Source: Tubulanus polymorphus
Lineage: Eukaryota > Animalia > Nemertea
Reading direction: 5' to 3'
NCBI RefSeq assembly: GCF_964204645.1
Contig: NC_134027.1
Location: forward strand, 6,480,485-6,544,484
DNA: 64,000 bases
In this document: positions 1 to 13,600 of the stretch, one piece after another
How the letters are laid out: each line of letters starts with the position of its first letter
Numbering within the stretch: position 1 is the first letter of the stretch
Notes under the pieces: model-generated
Seen by the model: the letters and a program-made list of their open reading frames with translations, nothing else
What the model was told of the DNA's origin: nothing
Databases searched by the model: none
Translations under genes and position numbers: made by a program

Positions 1-3000
1 GGTTTCTTTTTATGATGACTTTGAATATTTCCTGGTTTTTTCTTATCAGTATTTTCCGTTTGGTTAATGGGGTGCGTGATAGAAGCCAGTCACTTCTTCC
101 TAAAGGTTACGCTTATCGTCATTAGATAAATTTTCATGTATGCAAATTAGATAGAAATCTTCTTGGAACGAATACATATAAATATGTGAAGTACTGAGGT
201 TTGTCATCTTGTATTCAGAGTTCAAGTTGTTGATTATAAATCACGTATAATATTCGAGGGGGGATATCGATTTCTGGAAGGTTTTCTTGTAAGATACCAA
301 CGATGAGATCTTGTTCGCGTTGTTGAGCTGGTTGTTGTGTCAGTCCGGGAACAATGAGTCTACTTATGAGCCACCTGTATCATAAAGCAAATAAGAGTAT
401 GAATTTATGATGGTTTCAAAAGATAAAGACATCCTTGGTCAGGTGGAAACAGGTTCCATTGATCCCCTATAGAGACAAGTGATGCCTAATAGATATTTTG
501 TAGCTCTATCAATTGGATATCAATTGGTTGACACTGGATACATGGTTTTTATGTTTCTACTTATTTGAATAGGCCCAGCTTCCTAGATATTTAAAATTTG
601 AATGTTTTGCCCGCGCATATTAGAATTATTGCCCCTGTGAAAAGTAAAGTTGATCATGGACCATTTTGTATTGGCGACCACTGTTTAGAAACTATAGCAT
701 ATTTTCAATTAGCGCCGTTTCATCATATTGAGTAATATTAATTCAGTTTATATTTGAAATGCTTGAGTTAACTCTCATTATATTGCACCTTTAGCCCAGG
801 TTAATTAGTATGTATGATACTAGCTTTAATTGTCCGATTGTTTGACTGCAGGGCTGACTGAATAATGTAATCCGGTGTTGCTGAGCTGCTCAGAACTACT
901 CAGGTGTCTAAGCATTTTTATGTAACACAGTATTTACATCAATTAGTCCTGATATCACATTAACTGTAGTGTTAATATTAAGACACCCAATTATCCCTCT
1001 CTAAACATCCATTTACATAAAGCATTGACCATGGATTAAGATAGTGTCAAAGCAGTTAAATTGTTGCTCTAATCTTGTGGGTAATCAGGGAGATGCAAGA
1101 CCTCCCTACAGTTATCTGACAGTTATCTGAATGATTACCGCTCTAATTCTTATTTACAGATAAATAATTTCATCTTGAAATTGATGACTCCACCTTTCAC
1201 AATGTTTAAATCAGCTTATGATATGCAACATCTTGGAATCGTCATTATTTTCATTGTCGACATTGTCCTTCGGTGGCTTTCTTTAGAAACTGTTATCAAA
1301 AAATTCAATGTGGCAGGGCGTCGTTCGTTAAGCCGGCCATTAAAAGATGAAAATGGCTTTGAACGTTGATGATGGATATTTTGACAGCTGTGAGATGTAA
1401 TCACAACTATAAAACCATCAATATTTTACACGTATATATTCATACAATGCAGCGGCTGTTCCTAGTATGTGACACTGATCCTCTTACCGTTTGAACAATT
1501 TGCATCCTGCCTGCAGGAGCAACGAGTGATGTAAGCAGCCTTATAATTTTATGAAGTAACAGGTGTCTGAGTAGACTGCAATTCATAGAATACAGATATA
1601 TAGATATATACTTATAAAATACATATAAATATATAATCGCGAATGCCGACACAAGTTCTAGTGATACTCGTTCATCTTTTCATCAAGGTTTTTTGAATTC
1701 CTTCGAGAATACCTGAAACTGACTGTTTTAGTACTGATCACTGATACATATATATATGATGATTTATTCTTATAAAAAGTTTGTCAGAAATTTGATTGGA
1801 TTTTCTTAAACAGCATTTCGTTAAGCAGAATCTGATATCTATGTCAATGAGATTTAGCCTTTTAGCCGTTTGAGGATATATGACAATGAAATGATTTCAA
1901 GTTTCCATCTGGTAACTCTTCATTTGAAGCGTCTAATATATTCATGTACTGCACGCCGCATCAGACAATTCTTTTACAGTTTATGATGAAGTGAAGTCAG
2001 CCGCAGGACGTGTTTGTCTTATTGTCTTCCAAGCTGCTGCGTCGATCGGGCTACAGCTGTGACCCGTGCGTGTATACAGGGGCCTTGATGAAAAGATGCA
2101 GTACCCATGTTCGTAGCTAGCTCTCTCTCTCTCTGTCTCTCTTGCTTGCTCTCTCAGGACCATCACGTGCACAGCTGGCGTTTGATTCACGACATCCATC
2201 ACCCATTATGTGATAGATAATCAATGATACAGATCAAATATGGCTGCTGGAAGCACCTGGAACAAGCGGAGAGGTTGGCGATTATATATACACTAGCAGC
2301 TGTAACATTTCTTCTATATATATCACACAATATACATATGAAATGAATTCAGAGTTTGTCACATGATGGCTTCGCTGCTAGTATAGCATTAAAGTATATC
2401 GCAGTATGTGATGCAGTATGGCTGCGTCAACCCAGAAATTCTTGCCTATATCCATTCATCAGTAAAGTCATGAATCGGATGTTATCTTGTAATATGTCGT
2501 TAATGTACCCGGAAAACGCAATTATTTGATGATCTGATGACTGGAAAATGGTAATTCTCGAACTTTGATAGTCGAGGGTCTTCGATAACTTGTTTGATCC
2601 GATAGTTTGTTACTAGCTAGATAAAATGTTTATTTTTCCATCCCGAATTGTCGACTGAATATGTAACCAATGATTCTGTGTTGAAATTAGTGATATATAT
2701 ATATATATACATATATAATTATTTGCAACTGTTAAAGCCCGGGTATAGTGTGATAAACCTGACAGTTGCACATGCTATATATGGAGAGGCTTGCTGCACC
2801 AGTTTCAGATGGGGATTACGGGAGTATATATTGATGTAGTCGATTTGCATATCAATAATGTCTGCAACAGATGGTCGGATTCTGAGCATTACAGGGGAAA
2901 CTCTACAACTACTGATGTGGGGATGATGGAGCCCGCATATTACAATACAATCTGCATACAGACTGACTCCATGTTGAATAAATGGTATCACGAATCCATT

Positions 3001-3234
3001 ACCTAAAATATCTATTGTCTTGTGTATGATATTTTTTGACACTGTGTTGATGCGTTTTAACATCACTGAGATGGACTGGCATGAACAACAGTATACAGTA
3101 CAGAGTTGTGACAAACACTTCTCTCTCTCCCTGTTTCACTCCGAACATCACGGTGACTGATGTGGAGTTTACCACATTACAAACAGTTGTTGTATTCCCA
3201 GAAGCTGTATATATACTTTCTATACATTAGTGAG

Positions 3235-3428
3235 ATGGAGGACTTTGATAACGATATGTGTCGCAGCCGGGGACAGTCAACAACTGTTACTAACGGTCTT
3301 TCTACAGTGTACACAGGTGCTTTAATTTCTAACGTTTTGATGATGGTTCTAGCGATGTTTATCAGATATTAAATATCCGCAGCTATAGTTAATGATGATG
3401 GTGGCGGCGTCGAGAGCAGCGACGATGG
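3235..3428 (+). other. Candidate upstream exons of the RREB1-like gene (3235-3316 and 3383-3428)
   Basis: ATG-initiated segment MEDFDNDMCRSRGQSTTVTNGLSTVYT ends at CAG|GTGCTT (phase 1). A 66-bp GT..CCGCAG intron follows, then a segment ending at GG|GTGAGA. The first confident RREB1 exon (10613) needs a phase-1 upstream donor. No homology support. Confidence 0.25.
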
Positions 3429-6400
3429 GTGAGAAAATCTAAATCTGTGACAAACGAATATTGTTTGCTCGGGACGTTTTTCATCACGAATTCTTTTATC
3501 CGGCCTTTCCACTTTGATAAATATACGTCATCTTATTTCGAGTGGTTTCGGGGCGTTATAGGTGCATCGCACCCCGAATCATTGCGGTTGCAATAAACGG
3601 TTATCTATTCACGGAATCTGTTTCACGAGCAGAGGCTTCGCTGTCGAAGATGCTTTCGTATGATTTGAAATTTGAAATCGCGCCGCGTTTGTGTCTGAGG
3701 GGCGGATGTTTTCGAGAGGAGGACTATAGATGCACCTGTATTGTCGCGTATTGTTACACGGCACACGCCTTTTCATCGTTGCCTCAGTTGCTGAGCACCT
3801 GTTTCTATCATTCATTGTGCCCAGTCATCTTCAGGTATAAATATCTCCCGGGCGAACCTGGTTTTTTGATACCGCGGTCTTTTCAACTCGGATGTGTAGG
3901 GTTATTGTCGAGATTGCCAGTTCTCCACGGTTACGGTTACAAGAACAACCGATGCCCTAATGATGACAACACAACTATCACGACCCTGGATTTTGTCTAT
4001 TCATCCCCGAGCGGGCCATTTGAAAATTCCAATACAGCGCCAGAGTTTCTGGATGCATTCATTATCTCAAAATGAATCTTTCATCTATACATCAGTCATC
4101 GTGATTGAGAAAACAACATCATTGGTAGAAATTTTGAATGTGGATTCAGCATCTTTGAACTTTATAGGATTTTTCATTGAACGACTTTTTACACTGACTT
4201 ACATCTCGGGTAAAAATACCTGAAATATCTGACACCGTGACCTTTGAAAGATGATTTTCTCGGAAAAGATTCAGAAGATATTTATATTGTGAATCAGTTT
4301 GGATGTGAGTTATGGAATGTTGCTGGGATTAGAAGGCCAGAGTTGCATCACGGGTATATTTGTATCGTCGATACCATAGTGACAAGTGTGTCGACATTCC
4401 ACTCTGCTAACCAATGTTGACAATGCAAAGATTTAACATCCTGAGTGGAAGTTGACTCAAAAGTGAATATTTATTGACAATCTCTTTGTGTGGGTGCCTA
4501 CAGTTGAAACATAAGTACATATTGTAATTGAGGTTGTTGCATTAATTGCTTTATTGTAACCCATTGTATCAGAGATTCTGCGAAATTAATAGAATGTAAC
4601 AATTGGCGAAATCACATAACCAGAGAGTGAAGATCTATGATGAACTTAGCACTTTTCTCCATATAAACAAAACTGATAGAAAATTATTTTGACTCCTCAA
4701 CTCTAGGATATAAAGTTAAATCTCCGCCCTTATACTTAGGAGTTAGCTCCTGATATTTTGAGTCAGCAATTCATTTTTAATCATCTTAAAAGATAACTCG
4801 ATTGCCGAATAAATTTTTCCAGATTTATTTCACTCAGTCGGTCATAGAACGGGTAGTGTGTTTTATGAGCGCTGTGAATCACTGATGTATGCATGGACTA
4901 TTTTCAGAACAACACTGAAGAGATACTTTAATATGTATATAAGTATAAAGAAATTCATACGCGTTTGTCAACTGTTCTTTATAGACAAAAGATGACTGAG
5001 AGTATTTGCTCTATTCATAAGCACCGAGCCCTGTATAAAACTCGGTTTTGTCACTGTTCAGTAAATTGTATGCTTGAAGGATGGGGCTATATGAATTACA
5101 ATCTCGGTTCTTTGTGTCAACTTTATTTATCTGCAGGTCCTGATGTGTGCATTTATGTATACATATATATATATATTCGGCAATGCAATTAGCATGACTA
5201 TGCGCGCTAGCGTCGCATAAAGGCTTAATATGTCTTAAAGCTATTAAGATGTAAGGCTCGGGGTTGCAGGCAAGTCCAGGCAGCCCAATCGTGCTGGGAC
5301 CAGGCCATGGCAAGTTGCCATAGTAGTAAATACACGTGAACGTGTGATTCTGAGCAACGACATTGTTCCATTTAATGAGGCAAGAATTGCTGTAAACTCT
5401 TCGTATGAAATTTAATGTTTCGTTGAGTATTTATAGAAGAACTATTCATTGTCGCGATGAACATTCAGAAAAGGGTCGCATTCTACAAATGACTGGCAAC
5501 ATTCCGAAACTGATGACTTTTCGTTATCTATAGAGAATTTCGAAACTGATTTCTTTTTGTTGTCGTCTTTATATATCCTGGTTGAATAAGAAAACTGAAA
5601 GTAAAACATTAAAAAAAGAATTTAAGAAAATTCTAAAACATTCCTTCCATAATCGATTTTAGCGTTATGAAATCCTGCTGATCAATTTCTTGGCCATTGG
5701 TTTATTCTCGCGGCTCCAGCGGTACTCTCAGTATTGACTCATTGGTGGTAAAGTTTGATTGTTTGATCAGGTAGATAGTTTCTGGGAGAGGGAGAGAGGT
5801 CTGAGATAACCTGTTTAAACTTGTACCTCAAACAAACATCAGTCACATATTACTCTTATCTCCTGTGACAAAGTACACACAATTTCTTGTGTCTTCTTTA
5901 ATCATCGGAAGGGTTAGGTACTTCACCGCAGTGCTGGAATCATGTGATATATAACAGTGATTTATTTAGTTAACTCTGATAAAATCTGAAAATCGAAATA
6001 CATAGTTCGGAGGCCAGGGCTTTTCGCACGTAGGACCTGATTGCTATTGCTATCTGCCGGGCAATCATTTTTCTATCTTTTTAAGATTCTTGGGTTTGGG
6101 ATTAGATCAGTTAATAAGCCTAGGTTGATCGTGATATAGCCTATAAATATGTCTAATCTAAGCGATTATCATTATGATAATCTTTATTTTCCTTTTCATT
6201 ACCTAAATTACCTACTACCTACTACCTAATATATCCATGATTGTTCGGATTTAAAGGGATTTGACAGATTTCCAGCCAGGCAGCTATTTGTCAACAAAGT
6301 CATGTATGGACCGATTTTGGTGTTGTGATTTTATTTGAAAGACATCCTTGGCGACGCACAATTATGCACTGTGCATGCATATTTGGCAATTAGTCAGGTA

Positions 6401-9400
6401 AAGATGGAGGCCCAATATTTGATTAAAGATTGAATGGAGGTGCAGTGCGACACTGGTGTTTACTGAACTTTGGTCTAAGGAACAGCAATTGTCCCATATA
6501 GCGCGGAGCACTGTAATCACATGCTGAGTGCGCATAATTCAGACATCTTAGCGATTACATTTTCTCGTTTGGACTTGTCGGCATTTCTGTGCCGGTTTTC
6601 TTCATGCCTTGATAGTTTTATTAATTTGGAATCTTTTCAAGTTCTATATCTATCTATCTATAAATAAAATGCCTGACAAAGCTCGTTCAGCAGAAGGGCC
6701 ATAATGAAATGAATCAACACATCAGTATTGAAGACTAATAGCTTAACCCTGAAACGGGAATGTTCAAGCATATGCCTCTAAATACAGATAGATATGCTCC
6801 ATTGTATTGGTCTTGTGACTATTTCATGACAGAGTTTGACCTTCGTGTATCTTCGTGTCCCATGGACCCAGCTCTTCTTGAAAATTGATTTGACCAATTT
6901 GACAGAAGTTTATAGGCAACATATTTCTCAGGACTGACCATCATTGAACTGCATCTTATTGATCATTAATTAGGGCACAGTTGCTGAGTTTACGATTAAT
7001 TGATTTGCGGCTAACGAGATCAGAAGTGGACATCAGATGGGCTTTTGTTAATGAGCTGAAATCAATATACAAGCAGATACGAGCAACGAATGGACCATCC
7101 ATCTCAAAGCCTTTCCTTCTTATTCTTATTTTCTTTTTAATGAGCTATTCGGTATTTGTAATAATCCATTCTATTTTTGAGCCTGTGAAAATTTCTCCAA
7201 GTTTCGTCACCCGGTACCTTAATGGGGAAATCAAATGTATTGTACATAATCGGGTTCAAATATAGAAAGTTATCTAACTGATCATACGACTTGTGTCACT
7301 GCCACTGATTAATCAGGATGTTCCAATCTACCTGAAAATAATCGTTAACCAGGAAATAACTTCTCTATCTTAATGGCCAAAATAGCTTTTTAATGACTTA
7401 TTTCTCTGAAAACACCAATGGTCACTGTATTACGCTCGGGCGGAAGGAATGTATCTCGTCACGTCGCGTTAATCGTGACTCAACAGGTAGAAATTTAAGA
7501 GTGGATTTTCGGCGAGTGAAGAAGTTTCTGGTCTGATAGACACGTATTGTGCATAGATGATTAACCTCAGTACTGCTTTTATTCCCACGGAACACTGCGG
7601 TATTAATTTGGCAGCTTTTGTTGCCTGCAGGTTATTCAGAAGAGTTCGCTATGGTTTGGCAAACAATACGCGCGCACTGTCAAAATTGACAGAGTCTTAA
7701 CAATTTTTCCCATCCTGTTTGAGCCTGTATTTGTTGTACAAAACCAGGCGCATTAATAGCGGCTGTATGCGTCTCGCTGCAATTTTATAGTCGTCGCTTT
7801 CATGGCCCAGTGGCCTGTAAGCTCGTAATGATGAATGGGGTTAAGATAAGCCCGGTCGCGAGGAACACGTTCGTAGCTGCTGACGTCTTTGTTATAGCGA
7901 TAGTAACCATAGCGCCATTGTGACTGCGACTGTTTGCTCTTCATTCTGATTGGAGAAGACCGGTCGTGTACTGTCGTTATTCCACGACTGGGCCTGCGTC
8001 ATAGATAAATCTTAATGCGGATAATTCTATGACACGCCTGCCGGTTTGAAATCACGTCTTTCTATAAACTGTAGATATAAATATCTACATATCTGTGCAT
8101 TAACATATCTTTTATAGAAACTTTATCAACAATACGCGTGCAATTCGGTATTCCCTGTCGGTGAACCCGGTTCAACTTCAAGTTCTATTCCGGCCTTCTA
8201 TTCCTGGTTTAATCTTTGAATCTCTTTTCTAGGAAAACAAATTTACAATGTCTTACAATAAAAACAGGGCCATTTCCGTGGTTTAAACATTGACAAATTC
8301 ATCATTTAGTATTTCTTAGCATTTACCGAAATCTTTCACCAGTTTCGATATAGATTTAACGGCTATTTTTTCTCGAACATCTTTTCAAGCATGGTTTCTT
8401 AAGTCGTTGTTTTAATAGCGCACTAATTAAGCATTCTTTAGTCTCGACTTACAATGCCCTAGCGTCAGAGACCGCGTTATAAAAAATGCAGCAGCAAAGT
8501 TTTCTCTCGAAAAATGCGACCCACACACGAGTTGAATGGTGACGCCAATGCGACATCATCCTTAATTATTAAGGACCGCGCGCGATTTTGATGGATAAAT
8601 TGCATGTAGTCGAATCGTTTTCCAGCACCCTACGCCTGATGTCTGTATTAATTTATAGGTGGTCGCATTTGTTTAGTATGCAGCTGTTTTTTCGTATAAT
8701 ATGGATGGTCTCCATCCCTGGTAATCAATTTTATGTACATATGCAGCGTATTATTCATATTCAGCATCTATGATATTGTTCGGCGTATGCATAGTTCCTA
8801 TTTGATTATTCCTTTCTGAGAACGATTGTTCGTTGGAAAAAGTGACTTCATCCGCAGCACGATAGATTCTGCGCTCTAACAATTTTACAAGTTTAAAAAC
8901 TCATTTTTACGGAGAGTCGAGGTCCTTTTAAATAATCGACGCGGCAATATGACTTTCAAGCCATTTCCTAAGGGATATGAGAATCTTTTTTTTTCAGTTA
9001 TGTTGCTTTATCATACAAGATCGATATACTGTATCAGCTTGTTGGATCTCTCTTTACAGCAAATCTATATAGTCGATTCTAATATCAGTATTTCTATAGT
9101 GACTGGATCTGCTGACTACTGTGACATCGTACGAAGCACGAAGAGCAAATAGACTCATTATCTCATGTTGCATCCTTTCATTGCAACTGCTCGTTTGCGG
9201 CATAATGATGCTGACTACTGAACAATATAATAACTGAACTATCTGGTAATTAATTGTTAGGTCGTTAGTTTTGTTAATCAGCCGGTTAGTCGGGGTTTAT
9301 GTCATCAGCTGCCGAGTAGCTGCTGCCCATTATTGTAACGGTTACTATGGCAATGTAGTCCATCACTCTCGCTTTTCACAGGACAGTTTTCAGTGTTTGA

Positions 9401-10612
9401 TCGGATACGCGACTGTTAGGACTCATCTCAGGTCCTCTCATCTGATCTGAAAAATACGTATGTTCAGAAATGGCCGAGTATGGATTTTACTTTAGTAAAG
9501 GTATACGTAATAATTGAAACAATTGATTATTTTGAAAGTGTTTTGAAATTATTGATATAAAAACATATAATAGGTATTGGAGAATTGGAGGTGTTTGTTT
9601 AATAGGAATTTCATTAAATCAGTTGGTAATTAATGGAATCGCTTTGAATTAAGTTATTTGTGTGAAGCTGAGAGAGGTGATGTGATTCTCTTATTACCAT
9701 GGTGATTGCAGCTGCTGGATTCTATTTCCTCGGGCAAAATAGGGAAATGAAAGTTATTGATTGGAAAGCGATTAAACTTATTGATCTCGCTCATTATCAT
9801 ATGCAGCTTCTGGTATCTAGCAGAAGATGGATATTGTGATGAAATCCGGGGATAAAGCGGGGTTCGGTGAATTATTGCGAGCTATGCGTGTCATGATGTG
9901 ACTAATGAAATGGGCGGTACGAATGATCGTTGAAAATCGTTACTGCGGTAATTGTTGCTCAAAATAAAAACCTGAATTGATCAAGTTGTGATATTTGCTG
10001 ATAAATTTGAGAGCAAACCCAGCTGTATTGATACTGTAGCATCTACCCTGGTGATGGGTTATAAACTCTAACGCAGCTGTCTCCCGCTCTCTCTCCCTCT
10101 CTCTTCTTTCTCTTCTCTTTAATAAAAGGCGCGTCACATGTACAGATATATATCTATTTGTATAGGACCATTGGTTAAAAAAGTTAGAAATATTAGATTC
10201 GGTATATGAAAATCAGAAATTCTAAACCGTATTATCCAAAACAGGTGAATACAGGCATCTGCCCCTCCTGCTCAATATATATATATATATTATATATATT
10301 TATATGTACGAGCAGAAGATATGTACAATAGATAGAATGATAGTTAGACTCATGATGGATGTAACTGCAACAGGTGTGATGTGACGAACGTTTGCTTCAT
10401 TCGTTAATAAAATGTCGTCATCGAAAGCCATCATTCGTCAATATCATAGACAATAATAATACTGAGATATGATATATGACGATTGTTTCATCATCATGTT
10501 ATTTTTAATTAAATCACTTATTGCCATATTAACCCATTCAACTGCAGAGCGCTTGTCAGTAATTTGGTCAGTAAAGTATTGGTATCTATATTCGATATTT
10601 TTTTCATTTCAG

Positions 10613-13600
10613 AAACTGATGAAGATGATATGCATAATATAGGAACAGCGGCTGAGCTGATGGGGAACAGTGATATCGAAACCACCGCCACTACCTCTGA
10701 TAATACACAGGTAAATTGACTGCATTGTAAGCGGTATAATTCAAACCAGTTTGTTTTCTCGAGAGTGTAGTTGTATTCATATTCTGTCCGCCGATTTGAA
10801 TGAGTGAATGATATAATCATTATTTTTCGTTAATAAAGAATGAAACTGCTGCTGCTGCTGCTGCTGCGGATACAGAAATGGTAACGCCTGATAAAGATAC
10901 AAACAATAACCGTGATAATAACCGCGAATCTATCGATGACCCCGATCGACTGGTGATCGTTGAACCTTCAGACCCGGATGACGTGCCTTCATCGACTGCA
11001 TCTAGCGTGTCCGGTGACCAGGGCGCATCTCCGAATCCATCCTTTCAGTCCACGCCTGGAAAAGGACGCAAGAGTCACAGCAAGGTAATGTAGAAGAATT
11101 GTTCGCAAAAATTAAAGATACTCTCGATCTAGATTGAACTCAACATTCTCTGTTGTGCTCCCAAGTCACCTGTAAATGAATATATTTTCAGATCGTTCCA
11201 GTCGCCGACAAAACTGGCGAGAAGAAATATATATGTCCGATTTGTAGCCAGCATCTTGGTTCCCAGCATGAGCTTACTGTCCATATCCGCAATCACAACT
11301 CTAAAGTTCCATCTTCACATTCCTGCACAATCTGTGGAAAGGTTTTGTGTTCCCAAAGTTCACTGGATCGACACATGTTAGTCCATTCCGGTAAGTTTTT
11401 GTTTTTCAAGTACGAAATTTGTGGTGCCAGTCGCAGTTTCTTGTACGCGTTCATTTTCTGTTTTTCAGGTGAACGTCCGTTTAAATGTCAAATTTGTCAC
11501 GTGTCTTTCACTACGAATGGCAACATGCACCGGCATATGCGCGTACACGAGAAGGAGTTCGCGAAATCTCCGTATCTGCTGAAAAACGCTCTCGACAGCG
11601 GTCTGTTGAATCTGAACGAGAATCGACGTGGCCGAAAACGCAAACAGCCGCTGTTCAGTGACCTGACTCTCAACGAGGAGAAACGTCGCGTCATTGAACA
11701 GGACGATAACACACCTCTAGCCATACCACTGAACTCCGATAAAGACGAACAAAAACAAGAATCGATGAAATTGCCGTTAGCATCGCCTAAACACGATTCA
11801 GACGATTCTTCTGAGGTAAGAGAATGATCATAAAGTTTCCTGCTGACACATATATATACACATAAATGTGGTATTTAGGAGGAAATGGGTTCTAACGATG
11901 TTCATTTATAGTTTGCTTTTTTCCGTCAACAGTCTGGAGAAACCGGGTAAAACACTGTGTACATCGATGTCGTTGTCATGCTATTGTCTATCTATTTCTT
12001 CTTTCTTACATCTTTTCATGTTGCATATTGACAATTTCTCGAAAACGCGAAATATTGAAAAGATCGTTTTGAATTGTTTTTGTGATGAAATTCGTTCTGT
12101 ATTATCATAATTTTTGCATGTTTCAGTGTTATGCTGCTGCTGTCTTTTTATTATCTTTTTGTAGTCATTTATCATATCATATGATTATTGTCTCATCCGG
12201 ACAACTGATGTACGTAGTTTAAATTTATTCCGAACTTAAAGATCCTTTCATTTTAATTTCAGTGTAAAACGTTATGTAGATCATGCGGCTCTCAATTCAG
12301 CACCTCTGCAGGGCTGGAGAAACATTTGGAAAACAATCCTGAATGTCATTTCAAATGCGGCGAATGTGGTAATCAGTTCAATGATCAAAGTCAGCTCAAT
12401 ATGCACCGTGCAATCGCTCATGCCGAAAAAGATATCGGCAGTCCGAGTCTTTTTAAAAATGGTTTCAATCCGGTGGCTGGCTTTCACGAAGTAGGATTTG
12501 TCAACTTTGCGACGGAGAAATTTCCGCAAATATTCCGCGAGGAAAAAGACACGGCGAAACCGAGCTCCGATGTATCTCAACAAGCGTGTAGTAAATGTAA
12601 TATGGTATTTCCTTCAATCGACATGCTCAAAATCCACATGATCAGTCACCTTCCCGAGAATATCATTCACTGCGATTTCTGTGATTGCGATTTCGTCGAT
12701 AACCACACGTTGAAAGAACATTTGTCAACGCATGCAGCAGAGATGGTCATCCCAAATGATGACTCTGGTAATAACAAAGACTCCCAAGTTTCCAAGGGCG
12801 ATTTCCTAGCCATGCTGAATTTAGCATCAGGTCCTGAAACGCGTGACGACGATGAAAGTATGCGCTCCGATAGCCTAATAAATGAAGAATACTTCCGTAA
12901 ACTCAATCAGATCGATCACGCAGGACTTTCATCCGCACCTAGCTCAGCTATTCCGTCCCCAGTGTCTATGATTCCTGATGAAAGTAACTCGCAAGACTTT
13001 GCCGATATTCACAAGATAATTCAGAACGCAAATGCCAGTGGTATTCCAGCATTTTCCACAGCGGCATCGACAGTGTCGAGAATGTCACCTGCGTCATCCG
13101 TCCATTCATACGGTTCGGCAGCCGCTTTGACCCCGACTCGCTTCATGATGGGAGCGTTTCCGTATAAACAAGATCTCGTTGATATGGATGAAAGCGATCG
13201 AAGTTTGGCAGCGAGCCCGGCTGGATCAAACATTACAGATGTCGCAATAGACACAGCCGCTGAAAATGAAGAGAAGGGGAAACACCGATTTACCTGTAAA
13301 TATTGCGAAGTCGGATTTGAAACTTTCAATGCAATGAAGGGTACATACATTGATTATTTCCTTCGGAACCATTTTCACAGCTTTGGGTTAGAATCTGACT
13401 GAAATTCGTTTTTACAAATTTGACTCAAATCCTCATCTGTGGAACGTACATTCCTAAATGGATTAAGAAAATATCTATTGAATAGGTGAATTAAATTTTA
13501 TATGTCCTTCCTTGTTTATTTTAGTTCACATGCGATCACACTTGGGTCTATCACCTTACAAGTGTAATATGTGTCCATATGCTAGCGCTGATAAAACTAC

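Noticed and set aside
781-802. TATTGCAC, a miR-92-like 5' end
   Set aside because: The rest does not match miR-92 and no complementary hairpin arm is nearby.
3542-4075. 177-aa ORF upstream of RREB1
   Set aside because: GTG start, no recognisable domain, and likely a chance ORF in a locally GC-richer non-coding region.
5510-5555. CTGATGA...GAAA resembling a second hammerhead
   Set aside because: No G-C-closed stem II next to the core, and no convincing stems I and III.
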